A stretch of DNA of 64,000 nt, taken from assembly GCF_054482595.1 (NCBI RefSeq), contig NZ_CM137008.1; one strand, given 5' to 3'. The notes beneath the pieces were generated by a model. That model was not told where the DNA came from. It worked only from the letters and a program-made list of their open reading frames with translations, and did not search any database. Positions 22,723-34,549 of the stretch are shown here, piece after piece. The translations under genes and the position numbers were made by a program. Position 1 is the first letter of the stretch; every line of letters starts with the position of its first letter.

Positions 22723-24396
22723 CCCATTACGTTTTGTATGTTGATAGCAAAGTATCTCTGTCTGCTGAAGCCCTTTTGGCTGCGTAAGAATAATAAAACT
22801 TCAGTGTTGTTAATCATTATTATCCTCGCCATGATCCTTGGCGTGGTTAAAATTCAGGTCTGGTTAAACGACTGGAATAATGATTTTTTCAATGCGCTAA
22901 GCCAGAAAGAAACCGATAAGCTTTGGCAGCTTGTCCTTTGGTTCCCTGCCCTGCTGGGGATCTTTGTATTAATATCCGTAAACAAAACATGGTTAATTAA
23001 ACTGCTGACTATTCGCTGGCGCGAATGGTTAACAGATTACTACCTTAATCGGTGGTTTGCAGATAAAAACTACTACTTCACGCAGATCTACGGCGAGCAT
23101 AAAAATACAGATAACCCTGACCAACGTATCGCTGAAGACATTCTCTTACTGATCAGCAAAACGCTCAGTCTTTCATTTGGCTTCATCCAGTCACTTAGCA
23201 TGCTGATCACCTTTACCGTTATTCTTTGGCAAAGCGCGGGTACGCTCTCATTCACTGTTGGTGGAACAGAATGGAATATCCAGGGGTATATGGTCTATAC
23301 CGTCGTGCTCATTGTGATCGGTGGAACTTTATTTACCCATAAGGTGGGTAAACGTATTCGTCCACTTAATGTGGAAAAACAACGTAGCGAAGCGACATTT
23401 CGAACTAATCTTGTGCAGCATAATAAACAGGCAGAACTGATTGCGCTAAGCAATGCTGAGTCTCTACAACGCCAGGAGTTGAGCGACAATTTTCATACCA
23501 TTAAAGAGAACTGGCATCGTTTAATGAATCGTCAGCGGTGGCTTGATTACTGGCAGAATATTTATTCGCGTTCGCTTAGCGTTCTTCCGTACTTTCTGTT
23601 ATTGCCGCAGTTTATTAGCGGACAGATCAATCTGGGCGGACTGATGAAATCGCGCCAGGCATTTATGCTGGTATCGAACAATTTAAGCTGGTTTATTTAT
23701 AAATATGACGAACTTGCTGAACTGGCTGCGGTTATCGATCGCTTGTATGAGTTCCATCAACTCACCGAACAGCGCCCTACGAATAAGCCTAAAAATTGCC
23801 AACATGCGGTACAAGTGGCTGACGCGAGTATTCGTACCCCTGATAATAAGATCATATTAGAGAACCTGAACTTTCATGTTCCGCCAGGCAAATGGCTATT
23901 ACTGAAAGGTTACTCTGGTGCGGGAAAAACCACACTGCTTAAAACATTATCCCACTGCTGGCCGTGGTTTAAAGGTGATATTTCTTCTCCTGCTGACAGT
24001 TGGTATGTGTCACAAACACCGTTAATCAAAACCGGCTTACTGAAAGAGATTATTTGTAAAGCACTTCCCCTGCCCGTAGACGATAAATCGTTGAGCGAAG
24101 TACTGCATCAGGTTGGTCTTGGGAAATTGGCTGCGCGTATTCATGACCACGATCGCTGGGGAGATATTCTTTCCAGCGGCGAAAAACAACGTATCGCCCT
24201 GGCACGATTAATTTTACGACGTCCGAAATGGATATTTCTTGACGAAACTACCTCTCATCTTGAGGAACAAGAGGCTATCCGCTTACTGCGTTTAGTGCGT
24301 GAAAAACTACCCACAAGCGGCGTCATTATGGTTACACATCAACCCGGTGTCTGGAACCTGGCCGATGATATTTGTGACATTAGCGCGGTTTTATAA
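22711..24396 (+). CDS. yddA: Fused ABC transporter permease/ATPase (561 aa)
   Basis: N-terminal transmembrane domain, C-terminal NBD with Walker A (GYSGAGKTT) and signature motif (LSSGEKQR). Confidence 0.85.
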   Translation: MITIPITFCMLIAKYLCLLKPFWLRKNNKTSVLLIIIILAMILGVVKIQVWLNDWNNDFFNALSQKETDKLWQLVLWFPALLGIFVLISVNKTWLIKLLTIRWREWLTDYYLNRWFADKNYYFTQIYGEHKNTDNPDQRIAEDILLLISKTLSLSFGFIQSLSMLITFTVILWQSAGTLSFTVGGTEWNIQGYMVYTVVLIVIGGTLFTHKVGKRIRPLNVEKQRSEATFRTNLVQHNKQAELIALSNAESLQRQELSDNFHTIKENWHRLMNRQRWLDYWQNIYSRSLSVLPYFLLLPQFISGQINLGGLMKSRQAFMLVSNNLSWFIYKYDELAELAAVIDRLYEFHQLTEQRPTNKPKNCQHAVQVADASIRTPDNKIILENLNFHVPPGKWLLLKGYSGAGKTTLLKTLSHCWPWFKGDISSPADSWYVSQTPLIKTGLLKEIICKALPLPVDDKSLSEVLHQVGLGKLAARIHDHDRWGDILSSGEKQRIALARLILRRPKWIFLDETTSHLEEQEAIRLLRLVREKLPTSGVIMVTHQPGVWNLADDICDISAVL

Positions 24397-24433
24397 AAAC
24401 AATAAAAGCCCTGCTGTACGGAGATATAAATAA

Positions 24434-26806
24434 ATGAAGCGAGTTCTTATTCCTGGCGTCATTTTATGTGGCGCTGATGTGGCGCAGGCCGTCGATGATA
24501 AAAACATGTACATGCATTTTTTTGAAGAGATGACGGTCTATGCTCCTGTCCCTGTACCCGTAAACGGCAACACGCATTACACCAGTGAAAGCATCGAGCG
24601 TTTACCGACCGGGAATGGCAATATCAGCGATCTGCTGAGAACCAACCCTGCGGTACGCATGGATTCAACGCAAAGTACCTCGTTGAACCAGGGAGATATT
24701 CGCCCGGAGAAAATCTCTATTCACGGTGCGTCGCCCTACCAGAATGCCTATTTGATTGATGGTATTAGTGCCACTAATAACCTGAACCCAGCGAATGAGT
24801 CCGATGCCAGTAGTGCAACCAATATTAGCGGGATGTCACAGGGGTATTATCTTGATGTCAGCTTACTGGACAATGTGACGCTTTATGACAGTTTTGTGCC
24901 GGTTGAATTCGGTCGCTTCAATGGCGGGGTAATTGATGCAAAGATCAAACGCTTCAACGCTGATGATAGCAACGTGAAACTGGGTTATCGCACTACGCGT
25001 TCGGACTGGTTAACATCGCATATCGATGAGAATAACAAGAGCGCATTTAATCAAGGTTCTTCAGGAAGTACTTATTACTCTCCAGATTTTAAAAAGAACT
25101 TTTATACCTTGTCGTTTAATCAGGAACTCGCTGATAACTTTGGCGTTACCGCCGGTTTATCGCGCCGCCAGTCTGATATCACCCGCGCGGATTATGTTTC
25201 AAATGACGGCATTGTCGCCGGTCGGGCACAGTATAAAAACGTTATCGATACTGCATTGAGCAAATTTACCTGGTTTGCCAGCGACCTCTTTACCCACGAT
25301 TTAACCTTAAAATATACCGGCTCCAGCCGTGATTATAATACCAGCACCTTCCCGCAGTCTGATCGCGAAATGGGTAATAAATCCTATGGTCTGGCATGGG
25401 ATATGGATACGCAGCTCGCATGGGCCAAACTACGTACCACCGTTGGTTGGGATCATATTAGTGATTATACCCGTCACGATCATGACACCTGGTACACCGA
25501 ACTTTCATGTACATATGGTGATATTACAGGGCGTTGCACCCGTGGCGGATTAGGACACATTTCCCAGGCTGTAGATAATTACACCTTCAAAACACGCCTG
25601 GACTGGCAAAAATTCGCCGTGGGTAATGTTTCGCATCAACCCTACTTCGGCGCGGAATACATCTATTCCGATGCATGGACTGAACGCCATAACCAGTCTG
25701 AATCCTATGTGATTAATGCTGCCGGAAAGAAAACTAACCATACCATTTACCATAAAGGTAAAGGCAGCCTGGGAATTGACAACTACACACTGTATATGGC
25801 GGATCGCATTAGCTGGCGTAATGTGTCATTAATGCCCGGCGTGCGGTATGACTATGACAACTATCTGTCAAACCACAATATCTCCCCGCGCTTTATGACG
25901 GAATGGGATATTTTTGCTGATCAAACCTCAATGATTACCGCAGGTTATAACCGTTACTATGGTGGGAATATTCTTGATATGGGATTACGTGATATCCGCA
26001 ATAGCTGGACGGAATCGGTATCAGGCAATAAAACCCTGACGCGTTATCAGGATTTGAAAACGCCTTATAACGATGAACTGGCAATGGGATTGCAGCAGAA
26101 AATCGGTAAGAACGTTATTGCGCGTGCAAACTATGTTTACCGTGAAGCGCATGATCAAATCAGCAAAAGCAGTCGTACCGACAGCGCGACTAAAACCACT
26201 ATTACTGAATATAACAACGATGGCAAAACCAAAACGCATTCGTTCAACCTCAGTTTTGAGCTGGCCGAACCCCTGCATATCCGCCAGGTAGATATTAACC
26301 CACAAATTGTCTTTAGCTATATCAAGAGCAAGGGCAACTTGTCGTTAAACAATGGTTATGAGGAGAGCAATACCGGTGATAACCAGGTGGTTTATAACGG
26401 TAATCTTGTCTCTTACGATAGCGTTCCAGTGGCAGATTTTAATAACCCATTAAAGATCTCCTTAAACATGGATTTCACGCATCAACCGAGCGGGTTGGTG
26501 TGGGCGAATACGCTGGCCTGGCAAGAAGCGCGTAAAGCTCGCATTATCCTGGGTAAGACGAATGCGCAATACATCAGCGAATATTCAGATTACAAGCAGT
26601 ATGTTGACGAAAAACTGGATAGCAGCCTGACCTGGGACACCCGCTTGTCCTGGACGCCACAATTTCTGAAACAACAAAACCTGACGATCAGTGCCGATAT
26701 TCTCAATGTACTGGATAGCAAAACCGCGGTTGATACAACGAATACCGGTGTGGCGACCTACGCCAGTGGCCGTACTTTCTGGCTTGATGTCAGCATGAAA
26801 TTTTAA
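24434..26806 (+). CDS. yddB: TonB-dependent receptor-like outer-membrane beta-barrel (790 aa)
   Basis: Large OMP-type ORF with C-terminal aromatic residue (ends MKF). Confidence 0.85.
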   Translation: MKRVLIPGVILCGADVAQAVDDKNMYMHFFEEMTVYAPVPVPVNGNTHYTSESIERLPTGNGNISDLLRTNPAVRMDSTQSTSLNQGDIRPEKISIHGASPYQNAYLIDGISATNNLNPANESDASSATNISGMSQGYYLDVSLLDNVTLYDSFVPVEFGRFNGGVIDAKIKRFNADDSNVKLGYRTTRSDWLTSHIDENNKSAFNQGSSGSTYYSPDFKKNFYTLSFNQELADNFGVTAGLSRRQSDITRADYVSNDGIVAGRAQYKNVIDTALSKFTWFASDLFTHDLTLKYTGSSRDYNTSTFPQSDREMGNKSYGLAWDMDTQLAWAKLRTTVGWDHISDYTRHDHDTWYTELSCTYGDITGRCTRGGLGHISQAVDNYTFKTRLDWQKFAVGNVSHQPYFGAEYIYSDAWTERHNQSESYVINAAGKKTNHTIYHKGKGSLGIDNYTLYMADRISWRNVSLMPGVRYDYDNYLSNHNISPRFMTEWDIFADQTSMITAGYNRYYGGNILDMGLRDIRNSWTESVSGNKTLTRYQDLKTPYNDELAMGLQQKIGKNVIARANYVYREAHDQISKSSRTDSATKTTITEYNNDGKTKTHSFNLSFELAEPLHIRQVDINPQIVFSYIKSKGNLSLNNGYEESNTGDNQVVYNGNLVSYDSVPVADFNNPLKISLNMDFTHQPSGLVWANTLAWQEARKARIILGKTNAQYISEYSDYKQYVDEKLDSSLTWDTRLSWTPQFLKQQNLTISADILNVLDSKTAVDTTNTGVATYASGRTFWLDVSMKF

Positions 26807-26850
26807 TAGTTCGGATTTTACTTAACCGGGTAAATTCGCCCGGTTTTCGC

Positions 26851-29646
26851 ATGGAGATAATTATGAGAAACCTCTGTTTCTTACTGACGTTAGTGGCAAC
26901 TCTGTTGCTCCCCGGGCGGCTGATTGCCGCCGCCTTACCGCAGGATGAAAAGTTAATTACCGGGCAATTGGACAATGGCTTGCGATATATGATTTATCCG
27001 CATGCTCATCCAAAGGATCAGGTAAATTTATGGCTGCAAATTCATACCGGTTCATTGCAGGAAGAAGACAATGAGCGCGGCGTGGCTCATTTTGTAGAAC
27101 ATATGATGTTTAACGGCACAAAAACATGGCCGGGTAATAAAGTCATCGAAACATTTGAGTCAATGGGCCTGCGTTTTGGTCGCGATGTTAATGCCTATAC
27201 CAGCTATGACGAAACGGTGTATCAGGTGAGTTTGCCAACTACGCAGAAACAAAATCTGCAACAAGTGATGGCAATCTTCAGTGAATGGAGTAATGCCGCA
27301 ACCTTTGAAAAACTCGAAGTAGACGCTGAACGCGGCGTAATTACTGAGGAATGGCGTGCCCATCAGGATGCGAAATGGCGCACCTCTCAGGCGCGCCGCC
27401 CTTTCCTGCTGGCTAATACCCGTAATTTAGACCGTGAACCTATCGGCCTGATGGATACTGTCGCCACGGTCACACCGGCACAATTGCGCCAATTTTATCA
27501 ACGCTGGTATCAACCAAATAATATGACCTTTATCGTGGTTGGCGATATCGACAGTAAAGAAGCGCTGGCGCTGATAAAGGATAATTTAAGTAAGCTTCCG
27601 GCTAACAAAGCAGCTGAAAATCGCGTCTGGCCGACAAAAGCCGAAAACCACCTGCGCTTTAATATCATTAATGATAAAGAAAACCGGGTGAACGGCATCG
27701 CACTCTATTATCGCCTGCCAATGGTACAAGTGAACGATGAGCAAAGCTTTATCGAACAAGCTGAATGGAGCATGTTAGTTCAGCTGTTCAATCAACGTCT
27801 GCAGGAACGTATACAGTCGGGCGAGTTGAAGACTATTTCTGGCGGCACTGCGCGCAGCGTTAAAATTGCACCCGATTATCAGTCGCTGTTTTTCCGTGTA
27901 AATGCACGAGACGATAATATGCAGGATGCTGCGAATGCATTAATGGCAGAGTTGGCAACCATTGATCAGCATGGTTTTTCTGCTGAAGAACTCGATGATG
28001 TCAAATCTACCCGCCTCACCTGGCTGAAAAATGCGGTTGATCAGCAAGCTGAACGTGATTTACGTATGCTGACCAGTCGCCTGGCATCCAGCTCATTAAA
28101 TAATACGCCGTTCTTGTCGCCGGAAGAGACATATCAACTTTCGAAACGTCTGTGGCAGCAAATTACCGTGCAAAGTCTGGCGGAAAAATGGCAGCAGTTA
28201 AGAAAGAACCAGGACGCATTTTGGGAGCAAATGGTAAACAATGAGGTTGCCGCAAAAAAAGCATTGTCTCCTGCGGCTATCCTGGCGCTGGAAAAAGAGT
28301 ACGCCAACAAAAAGCTGGCGGCTTACATCTTCCCAGGCAGAAATTTATCGTTAACAGTAGACGCTGACCCACAGGCGGAAATTAGCAGCAAAGAAACGCT
28401 GGCTGAGAATCTGACATCATTAACACTTTCCAATGGTGCCAGGGTTATTCTGGCAAAATCCGCGGGTGAAGAGCAAAAGCTACAAATTATTGCCGTATCG
28501 AATAAAGGCGATTTAAGTTTCCCTGCGCAGCAAAAATCACTTATCGCGCTGGCAAATAAAGCAGTTAGCGGAAGCGGCGTTGGCGAACTCTCCTCTTCCA
28601 GCCTGAAACGCTGGAGTGCGGAAAACTCGGTAACCATGAGCAGTAAAGTCAGTGGCATGAATACGTTGCTCTCCGTTAGCGCGCGGACTAATAACCCTGA
28701 ACCTGGTTTCCAGTTGATTAACCAGCGAATCACCCACAGCACGATTAACGACAATATTTGGGCATCGCTACAAAATGCTCAAATTCAGGCGTTGAAAACG
28801 CTCGACCAGCGTCCAGCGGAGAAATTCGCCCAGCAGATGTATGAGACGCGCTATGCTGATGACCGCACGAAATTACTGCAAGAAAATCAGATTGCACAGT
28901 TTACTGCCGCAGATGCGCTGGCTGCCGATCGCCAGTTGTTTTCATCTCCAGCGGATATCACGTTTGTCATTGTCGGTAATGTCGCAGAAGACAAACTCAT
29001 GGCGTTAATTACGCGTTACTTAGGCTCAATCAAACACTCTGATTCGCCATTAGCCGCAGGTAAACCATTAACTCGCGCGACGGACAACGCATCGGTTACT
29101 GTAAAGGAACAAAATGAACCCGTGGCACAGGTTTCACAGTGGAAGCGTTATGATTCCCGGACACCTGTTAATCTGGCGACGCGTATGGCGCTCGATGCTT
29201 TTAACGTCGCACTGGCAAAAGATCTACGCGTTAATATTCGTGAACAGGCATCTGGGGCATACAGCGTTTCTTCTCGCCTCTCGGTTGATCCTCAGGCCAA
29301 AGATATCAGTCATTTGCTGGCTTTTACTTGTCAACCAGAACGACATGATGAACTGTTAACGTTAGCGAATGAAGTGATGGTTAAGCGTCTGGCTAAAGGG
29401 ATCAGTGAGCAAGAACTGAACGAATACCAGCAAAACGTTCAGCGCAGCCTCGATATCCAACAGCGTAGCGTTCAACAATTAGCGAACACTATTGTAAATA
29501 GTCTTATTCAATATGACGATCCTGCAGCATGGACTGAGCAGGAGCAATTGTTGAAACAAATGACGGTAGAGAATGTTAACACTGCCGTTAAACAATATCT
29601 TTCTCATCCGGTAAATACTTATACCGGAGTATTATTGCCTAAATAA
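26851..29646 (+). CDS. pqqL: Periplasmic M16-family zinc metallopeptidase (931 aa)
   Basis: Signal peptide; inverted zinc-binding motif HxxEH (HFVEH). Confidence 0.9.
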   Translation: MEIIMRNLCFLLTLVATLLLPGRLIAAALPQDEKLITGQLDNGLRYMIYPHAHPKDQVNLWLQIHTGSLQEEDNERGVAHFVEHMMFNGTKTWPGNKVIETFESMGLRFGRDVNAYTSYDETVYQVSLPTTQKQNLQQVMAIFSEWSNAATFEKLEVDAERGVITEEWRAHQDAKWRTSQARRPFLLANTRNLDREPIGLMDTVATVTPAQLRQFYQRWYQPNNMTFIVVGDIDSKEALALIKDNLSKLPANKAAENRVWPTKAENHLRFNIINDKENRVNGIALYYRLPMVQVNDEQSFIEQAEWSMLVQLFNQRLQERIQSGELKTISGGTARSVKIAPDYQSLFFRVNARDDNMQDAANALMAELATIDQHGFSAEELDDVKSTRLTWLKNAVDQQAERDLRMLTSRLASSSLNNTPFLSPEETYQLSKRLWQQITVQSLAEKWQQLRKNQDAFWEQMVNNEVAAKKALSPAAILALEKEYANKKLAAYIFPGRNLSLTVDADPQAEISSKETLAENLTSLTLSNGARVILAKSAGEEQKLQIIAVSNKGDLSFPAQQKSLIALANKAVSGSGVGELSSSSLKRWSAENSVTMSSKVSGMNTLLSVSARTNNPEPGFQLINQRITHSTINDNIWASLQNAQIQALKTLDQRPAEKFAQQMYETRYADDRTKLLQENQIAQFTAADALAADRQLFSSPADITFVIVGNVAEDKLMALITRYLGSIKHSDSPLAAGKPLTRATDNASVTVKEQNEPVAQVSQWKRYDSRTPVNLATRMALDAFNVALAKDLRVNIREQASGAYSVSSRLSVDPQAKDISHLLAFTCQPERHDELLTLANEVMVKRLAKGISEQELNEYQQNVQRSLDIQQRSVQQLANTIVNSLIQYDDPAAWTEQEQLLKQMTVENVNTAVKQYLSHPVNTYTGVLLPK

Positions 29647-29908
29647 TAACAGCCCCGTCAACACATCGTTGGCGGGGATTTTAGCAATATTCGCTATTTT
29701 TATGTAATAATTTTATAAATGCGTTCAAAATAATAACCAAGTACTAATAGTGATATTTTAAGGTCTGATTTTTACGTGATAATTCAGGAGGCACAGAATG
29801 CGCATAAAAATAACAGCATAAAACACCTTACCACCACCCAAGAGCTCTCTACTATATTGTTTTTCAATGAAAAAATATTATTCACGCAATATCTCACCAT
29901 AAATAACA

Positions 29909-29928
29909 TTAGGATTTTGTTATTTAAA
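29909..29928 (+). promoter_or_regulatory. gad box (TTAGGATTTTGTTATTTAAA), GadE/GadX-RcsB binding site upstream of gadB
   Basis: Exact match to the 20-bp gad box consensus about 80 bp upstream of the gadB ATG. Confidence 0.7.
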
Positions 29929-30007
29929 CACGAGTCCTTTGCACTTGCTTACTTTATCGATAAATCCTACTTTTTTAATGCGATCCAATCATTTTAAGGA
30001 GTTTAAA

Positions 30008-31408
30008 ATGGATAAGAAGCAAGTAACGGATTTAAGGTCGGAACTACTCGATTCACGTTTTGGTGCGAAGTCTATTTCCACTATCGCAGAATCAAAACGT
30101 TTTCCGCTGCACGAAATGCGCGACGATGTCGCATTTCAGATTATCAATGACGAATTATATCTTGATGGCAACGCTCGTCAGAACCTGGCCACTTTCTGCC
30201 AGACCTGGGACGACGAAAATGTCCACAAGTTGATGGATTTATCCATTAACAAAAACTGGATCGACAAAGAAGAATATCCGCAATCCGCAGCCATCGACCT
30301 GCGTTGCGTAAATATGGTTGCCGATCTGTGGCATGCGCCTGCGCCGAAAAATGGTCAGGCCGTTGGCACCAACACCATTGGTTCTTCCGAGGCCTGTATG
30401 CTCGGCGGGATGGCGATGAAATGGCGTTGGCGCAAGCGTATGGAAGCTGCAGGCAAACCAACGGATAAACCAAACCTGGTGTGCGGTCCGGTACAAATCT
30501 GCTGGCATAAATTCGCCCGCTACTGGGATGTGGAGCTGCGTGAGATCCCTATGCGCCCCGGTCAGTTGTTTATGGACCCGAAACGCATGATTGAAGCCTG
30601 CGACGAAAACACCATCGGCGTGGTGCCGACTTTCGGCGTGACCTACACCGGTAACTATGAGTTCCCGCAACCGCTGCACGATGCGCTGGATAAATTCCAG
30701 GCCGACACCGGTATCGACATCGACATGCACATCGACGCCGCCAGCGGTGGCTTCCTGGCACCGTTCGTCGCCCCGGATATCGTCTGGGACTTCCGCCTGC
30801 CGCGTGTGAAATCGATCAGTGCTTCAGGCCATAAATTCGGTCTGGCTCCGCTGGGCTGCGGCTGGGTTATCTGGCGTGACGAAGAAGCGCTGCCGCAGGA
30901 ACTGGTGTTCAACGTTGACTACCTGGGTGGTCAAATTGGTACTTTTGCCATCAACTTCTCCCGCCCGGCGGGTCAGGTAATTGCACAGTACTATGAATTC
31001 CTGCGCCTCGGTCGTGAAGGCTATACCAAAGTACAGAACGCCTCTTACCAGGTTGCCGCTTATCTGGCGGATGAAATCGCCAAACTGGGGCCGTATGAGT
31101 TCATCTGTACGGGTCGCCCGGACGAAGGCATCCCGGCGGTTTGCTTCAAACTGAAAGAGGGTGAAGATCCGGGATACACCCTGTACGACCTCTCTGAACG
31201 TCTGCGTCTGCGCGGCTGGCAGGTTCCGGCCTTCACTCTCGGCGGTGAAGCCACCGACATCGTGGTGATGCGCATTATGTGTCGTCGCGGCTTCGAAATG
31301 GACTTTGCTGAACTGTTGCTGGAAGACTACAAAGCCTCCCTGAAATATCTCAGTGATCACCCGAAACTGCAGGGTATTGCCCAACAGAACAGCTTTAAAC
31401 ATACCTGA
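30008..31408 (+). CDS. gadB: Glutamate decarboxylase beta (466 aa)
   Basis: Translation [59 protein letters not shown]...; track ORF starts at an upstream TTG, I chose MDKK. Confidence 0.95.
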   Translation: MDKKQVTDLRSELLDSRFGAKSISTIAESKRFPLHEMRDDVAFQIINDELYLDGNARQNLATFCQTWDDENVHKLMDLSINKNWIDKEEYPQSAAIDLRCVNMVADLWHAPAPKNGQAVGTNTIGSSEACMLGGMAMKWRWRKRMEAAGKPTDKPNLVCGPVQICWHKFARYWDVELREIPMRPGQLFMDPKRMIEACDENTIGVVPTFGVTYTGNYEFPQPLHDALDKFQADTGIDIDMHIDAASGGFLAPFVAPDIVWDFRLPRVKSISASGHKFGLAPLGCGWVIWRDEEALPQELVFNVDYLGGQIGTFAINFSRPAGQVIAQYYEFLRLGREGYTKVQNASYQVAAYLADEIAKLGPYEFICTGRPDEGIPAVCFKLKEGEDPGYTLYDLSERLRLRGWQVPAFTLGGEATDIVVMRIMCRRGFEMDFAELLLEDYKASLKYLSDHPKLQGIAQQNSFKHT

Positions 31409-31563
31409 TAACGTTTAACGGTAACGGTGTCCCGAAACGAACCCGTTTCGGGACAATTTCCAAAGTCTGTTCACTGGCATTAGCAACGGAAAATATTGTT
31501 CTGAATACGCTTCAGAACAAAACAGGTGCGGTTCCGACAGGAATACCGTTTTAGGGGGATAAT

Positions 31564-33099
31564 ATGGCTACATCAGTACAGACAGGTAAAGCTAAGCAGC
31601 TCACATTACTCGGCTTTTTTGCCATAACGGCATCGATGGTAATGGCTGTTTATGAATACCCTACCTTCGCAACATCGGGCTTTTCATTAGTCTTCTTCCT
31701 GCTATTAGGCGGGATTTTATGGTTTATTCCCGTGGGACTTTGTGCTGCGGAAATGGCCACCGTCGACGGCTGGGAAGAAGGTGGTGTCTTCGCCTGGGTA
31801 TCAAATACTCTGGGGCCGAGATGGGGATTTGCAGCGATCTCATTTGGCTATCTGCAAATCGCCATTGGTTTTATTCCGATGCTCTATTTCGTGTTAGGGG
31901 CACTCTCCTACATTCTGAAATGGCCAGCGCTGAATGAAGACCCCATTACCAAAACTATTGCAGCACTCATCATTCTTTGGGCGCTGGCATTAACGCAGTT
32001 TGGTGGCACGAAATACACGGCGCGAATTGCTAAAGTTGGCTTCTTCGCCGGTATCCTGTTACCTGCATTTATTTTGATTGCATTAGCGGCTATTTATCTG
32101 CACTCCGGTGCCCCCGTTGCTATCGAAATGGATTCGAAGACCTTCTTCCCTGACTTCTCTAAAGTGGGCACCCTGGTTGTATTTGTTGCCTTCATTTTGA
32201 GTTATATGGGCGTAGAAGCTTCCGCAACCCACGTCAATGAAATGAGTAACCCAGGGCGCGACTATCCACTGGCTATGTTACTGCTGATGGTGGCGGCAAT
32301 CTGCTTAAGCTCTGTTGGCGGTTTGTCTATTGCGATGGTCATTCCGGGTAATGAAATCAACCTCTCCGCAGGGGTAATGCAAACCTTTACCGTTCTGATG
32401 TCCCATGTGGCACCGGAAATTGAGTGGACGGTTCGCGTGATCTCCGCACTGCTGTTGCTGGGTGTTCTGGCGGAAATCGCCTCCTGGATTGTTGGTCCTT
32501 CTCGCGGGATGTATGTCACAGCGCAGAAAAACCTGCTGCCAGCGGCATTCGCTAAAATGAACAAAAATGGCGTACCGGTAACGCTGGTCATTTCACAGCT
32601 GGTGATTACTTCTATCGCGTTGATCATCCTCACCAATACCGGTGGCGGTAACAACATGTCCTTCCTGATCGCACTGGCGCTGACGGTGGTGATTTATCTG
32701 TGTGCTTATTTCATGCTGTTTATTGGCTACATTGTGTTGGTTCTTAAACATCCTGACTTAAAACGCACATTTAATATCCCTGGTGGTAAAGGTGTGAAAC
32801 TGGTCGTGGCTATTGTCGGTCTGCTGACTTCAATTATGGCGTTTATTGTTTCCTTCCTGCCGCCGGATAATATCCAGGGTGACTCTACCGATATGTATGT
32901 TGAATTACTGGTCGTTAGTTTCCTGGTGGTACTTGCCCTGCCCTTTATTCTCTATGCTGTTCATGATCGTAAAGGCAAAGCGAATACCGGCGTCACTCTG
33001 GAGCCAATCAACAGTCAGAACGCACCAAAAGGTCACTTCTTCCTGCACCCGCGTGCACGTTCACCACACTATATTGTGATGAATGACAAGAAACACTAA
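31564..33099 (+). CDS. gadC: Glutamate:GABA antiporter (511 aa)
   Basis: APC-family polytopic membrane protein directly downstream of gadB. Confidence 0.95.
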   Translation: MATSVQTGKAKQLTLLGFFAITASMVMAVYEYPTFATSGFSLVFFLLLGGILWFIPVGLCAAEMATVDGWEEGGVFAWVSNTLGPRWGFAAISFGYLQIAIGFIPMLYFVLGALSYILKWPALNEDPITKTIAALIILWALALTQFGGTKYTARIAKVGFFAGILLPAFILIALAAIYLHSGAPVAIEMDSKTFFPDFSKVGTLVVFVAFILSYMGVEASATHVNEMSNPGRDYPLAMLLLMVAAICLSSVGGLSIAMVIPGNEINLSAGVMQTFTVLMSHVAPEIEWTVRVISALLLLGVLAEIASWIVGPSRGMYVTAQKNLLPAAFAKMNKNGVPVTLVISQLVITSIALIILTNTGGGNNMSFLIALALTVVIYLCAYFMLFIGYIVLVLKHPDLKRTFNIPGGKGVKLVVAIVGLLTSIMAFIVSFLPPDNIQGDSTDMYVELLVVSFLVVLALPFILYAVHDRKGKANTGVTLEPINSQNAPKGHFFLHPRARSPHYIVMNDKKH

Positions 33100-33122
33100 C
33101 CATGTCTGAATGGTTATAAGAC

Positions 33123-33152
33123 AAGGGAGCGATAATTCATCGCTCCCTTTTT
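33123..33152 (+). terminator. Intrinsic terminator after gadC (AAGGGAGCGA...TCGCTCCCTT then TTT)
   Basis: Perfect hairpin with T tract. Confidence 0.6.
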
Positions 33153-33229
33153 CGTGCTTGCTGTCGTATTGACTTAACCGGGATAAGTACGAGAATGAGC
33201 GCACATCTGTTTACCGGAAACCAGCACAT

Positions 33230-34549
33230 ATGGATATCTGCTCCCGAAACAAGAAATTAACGATTAGAAGACCAGCGATACTGGTTGCACTGGCACTTTT
33301 ACTGTGTAGTTGTAAAAGCACGCCTCCAGAGTCCATGGTGACACCACCAGCGGGTTCAAAGCCACCAGCCACGACGCAACAATCGTCACAACCGATGCGT
33401 GGCATCTGGCTGGCCACGGTGTCTCGCCTCGACTGGCCACCGGTTTCCTCGGTTAACATTAGTAACCCCACCAGCCGGGCCCGTGTACAACAACAGGCGA
33501 TGATCGACAAATTGGATCATTTGCAACGTCTCGGTATAAACACGGTCTTTTTCCAGGTCAAGCCGGACGGTACCGCCCTGTGGCCTTCAAAAATTTTGCC
33601 ATGGTCCGATCTTATGACCGGTAAGATTGGTGAAAATCCGGGTTACGATCCGCTGCAATTTATGCTCGACGAAGCCCACAAGCGTGGGATGAAAGTACAC
33701 GCCTGGTTTAACCCCTATCGCGTATCGGTTAATACGAAGCCCGGTACTATCAGGGAACTGAATAGCACTCTGTCTCAACAACCGGCGAGCGTCTATGTGC
33801 AACACCGTGACTGGATCAGAACGTCTGGCGATCGCTTTGTCCTCGACCCGGGCATCCCTGAGGTTCAGGACTGGATCACATCAATAGTCGCAGAAGTGGT
33901 TTCCCGCTATCCGGTAGATGGCGTGCAGTTTGACGACTATTTCTATACTGAGTCACCGGGTTCACGGCTAAATGATAACGAAACGTACCGCAAATACGGA
34001 GGCGCATTTGCGTCAAAAGCAGACTGGCGGCGCAACAATACTCAGCAGTTAATTGCAAAAGTATCGCACACCATTAAAAGCATTAAGCCGGGAGTCGAAT
34101 TTGGTGTTAGCCCGGCAGGCGTGTGGCGTAACCGATCACACGATCCGCTCGGTTCCGATACCCGAGGCGCGGCAGCCTATGACGAATCCTACGCTGACAC
34201 CCGTCGATGGGTGGAACAAGGATTGCTGGATTACATTGCTCCCCAAATTTACTGGCCGTTCTCACGGAGTGCCGCGCGTTATGACGTGTTGGCAAAATGG
34301 TGGGCGGATGTCGTTAAACCGACCAGGACCCGCCTGTATATCGGTATCGCCTTCTATAAAGTGGGTGAACCTTCAAAGATAGAGCCAGACTGGATGATTA
34401 ACGGCGGCGTACCGGAACTGAAAAAGCAGCTCGATCTTAACGATGCGGTACCAGAAATTAGCGGCACCATCTTGTTCCGTGAGGACTATCTGAATAAACC
34501 GCAGACTCAACAAGCGGTCAGCTATCTGCAAAGTCGTTGGGGCAGTTAA
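33230..34549 (+). CDS. yddW: Lipoprotein glycoside hydrolase (YddW/DigH family), 439 aa
   Basis: Signal peptide with Cys-containing lipobox-like segment (LLLCSC) and glycoside-hydrolase-like domain. Confidence 0.8.
   Translation: MDICSRNKKLTIRRPAILVALALLLCSCKSTPPESMVTPPAGSKPPATTQQSSQPMRGIWLATVSRLDWPPVSSVNISNPTSRARVQQQAMIDKLDHLQRLGINTVFFQVKPDGTALWPSKILPWSDLMTGKIGENPGYDPLQFMLDEAHKRGMKVHAWFNPYRVSVNTKPGTIRELNSTLSQQPASVYVQHRDWIRTSGDRFVLDPGIPEVQDWITSIVAEVVSRYPVDGVQFDDYFYTESPGSRLNDNETYRKYGGAFASKADWRRNNTQQLIAKVSHTIKSIKPGVEFGVSPAGVWRNRSHDPLGSDTRGAAAYDESYADTRRWVEQGLLDYIAPQIYWPFSRSAARYDVLAKWWADVVKPTRTRLYIGIAFYKVGEPSKIEPDWMINGGVPELKKQLDLNDAVPEISGTILFREDYLNKPQTQQAVSYLQSRWGS

Noticed and set aside
30239-31402. 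Minus-strand ORFs (up to 192 aa) inside gadB
   Set aside because: Antisense to gadB, which is identified along its full length; no independent support
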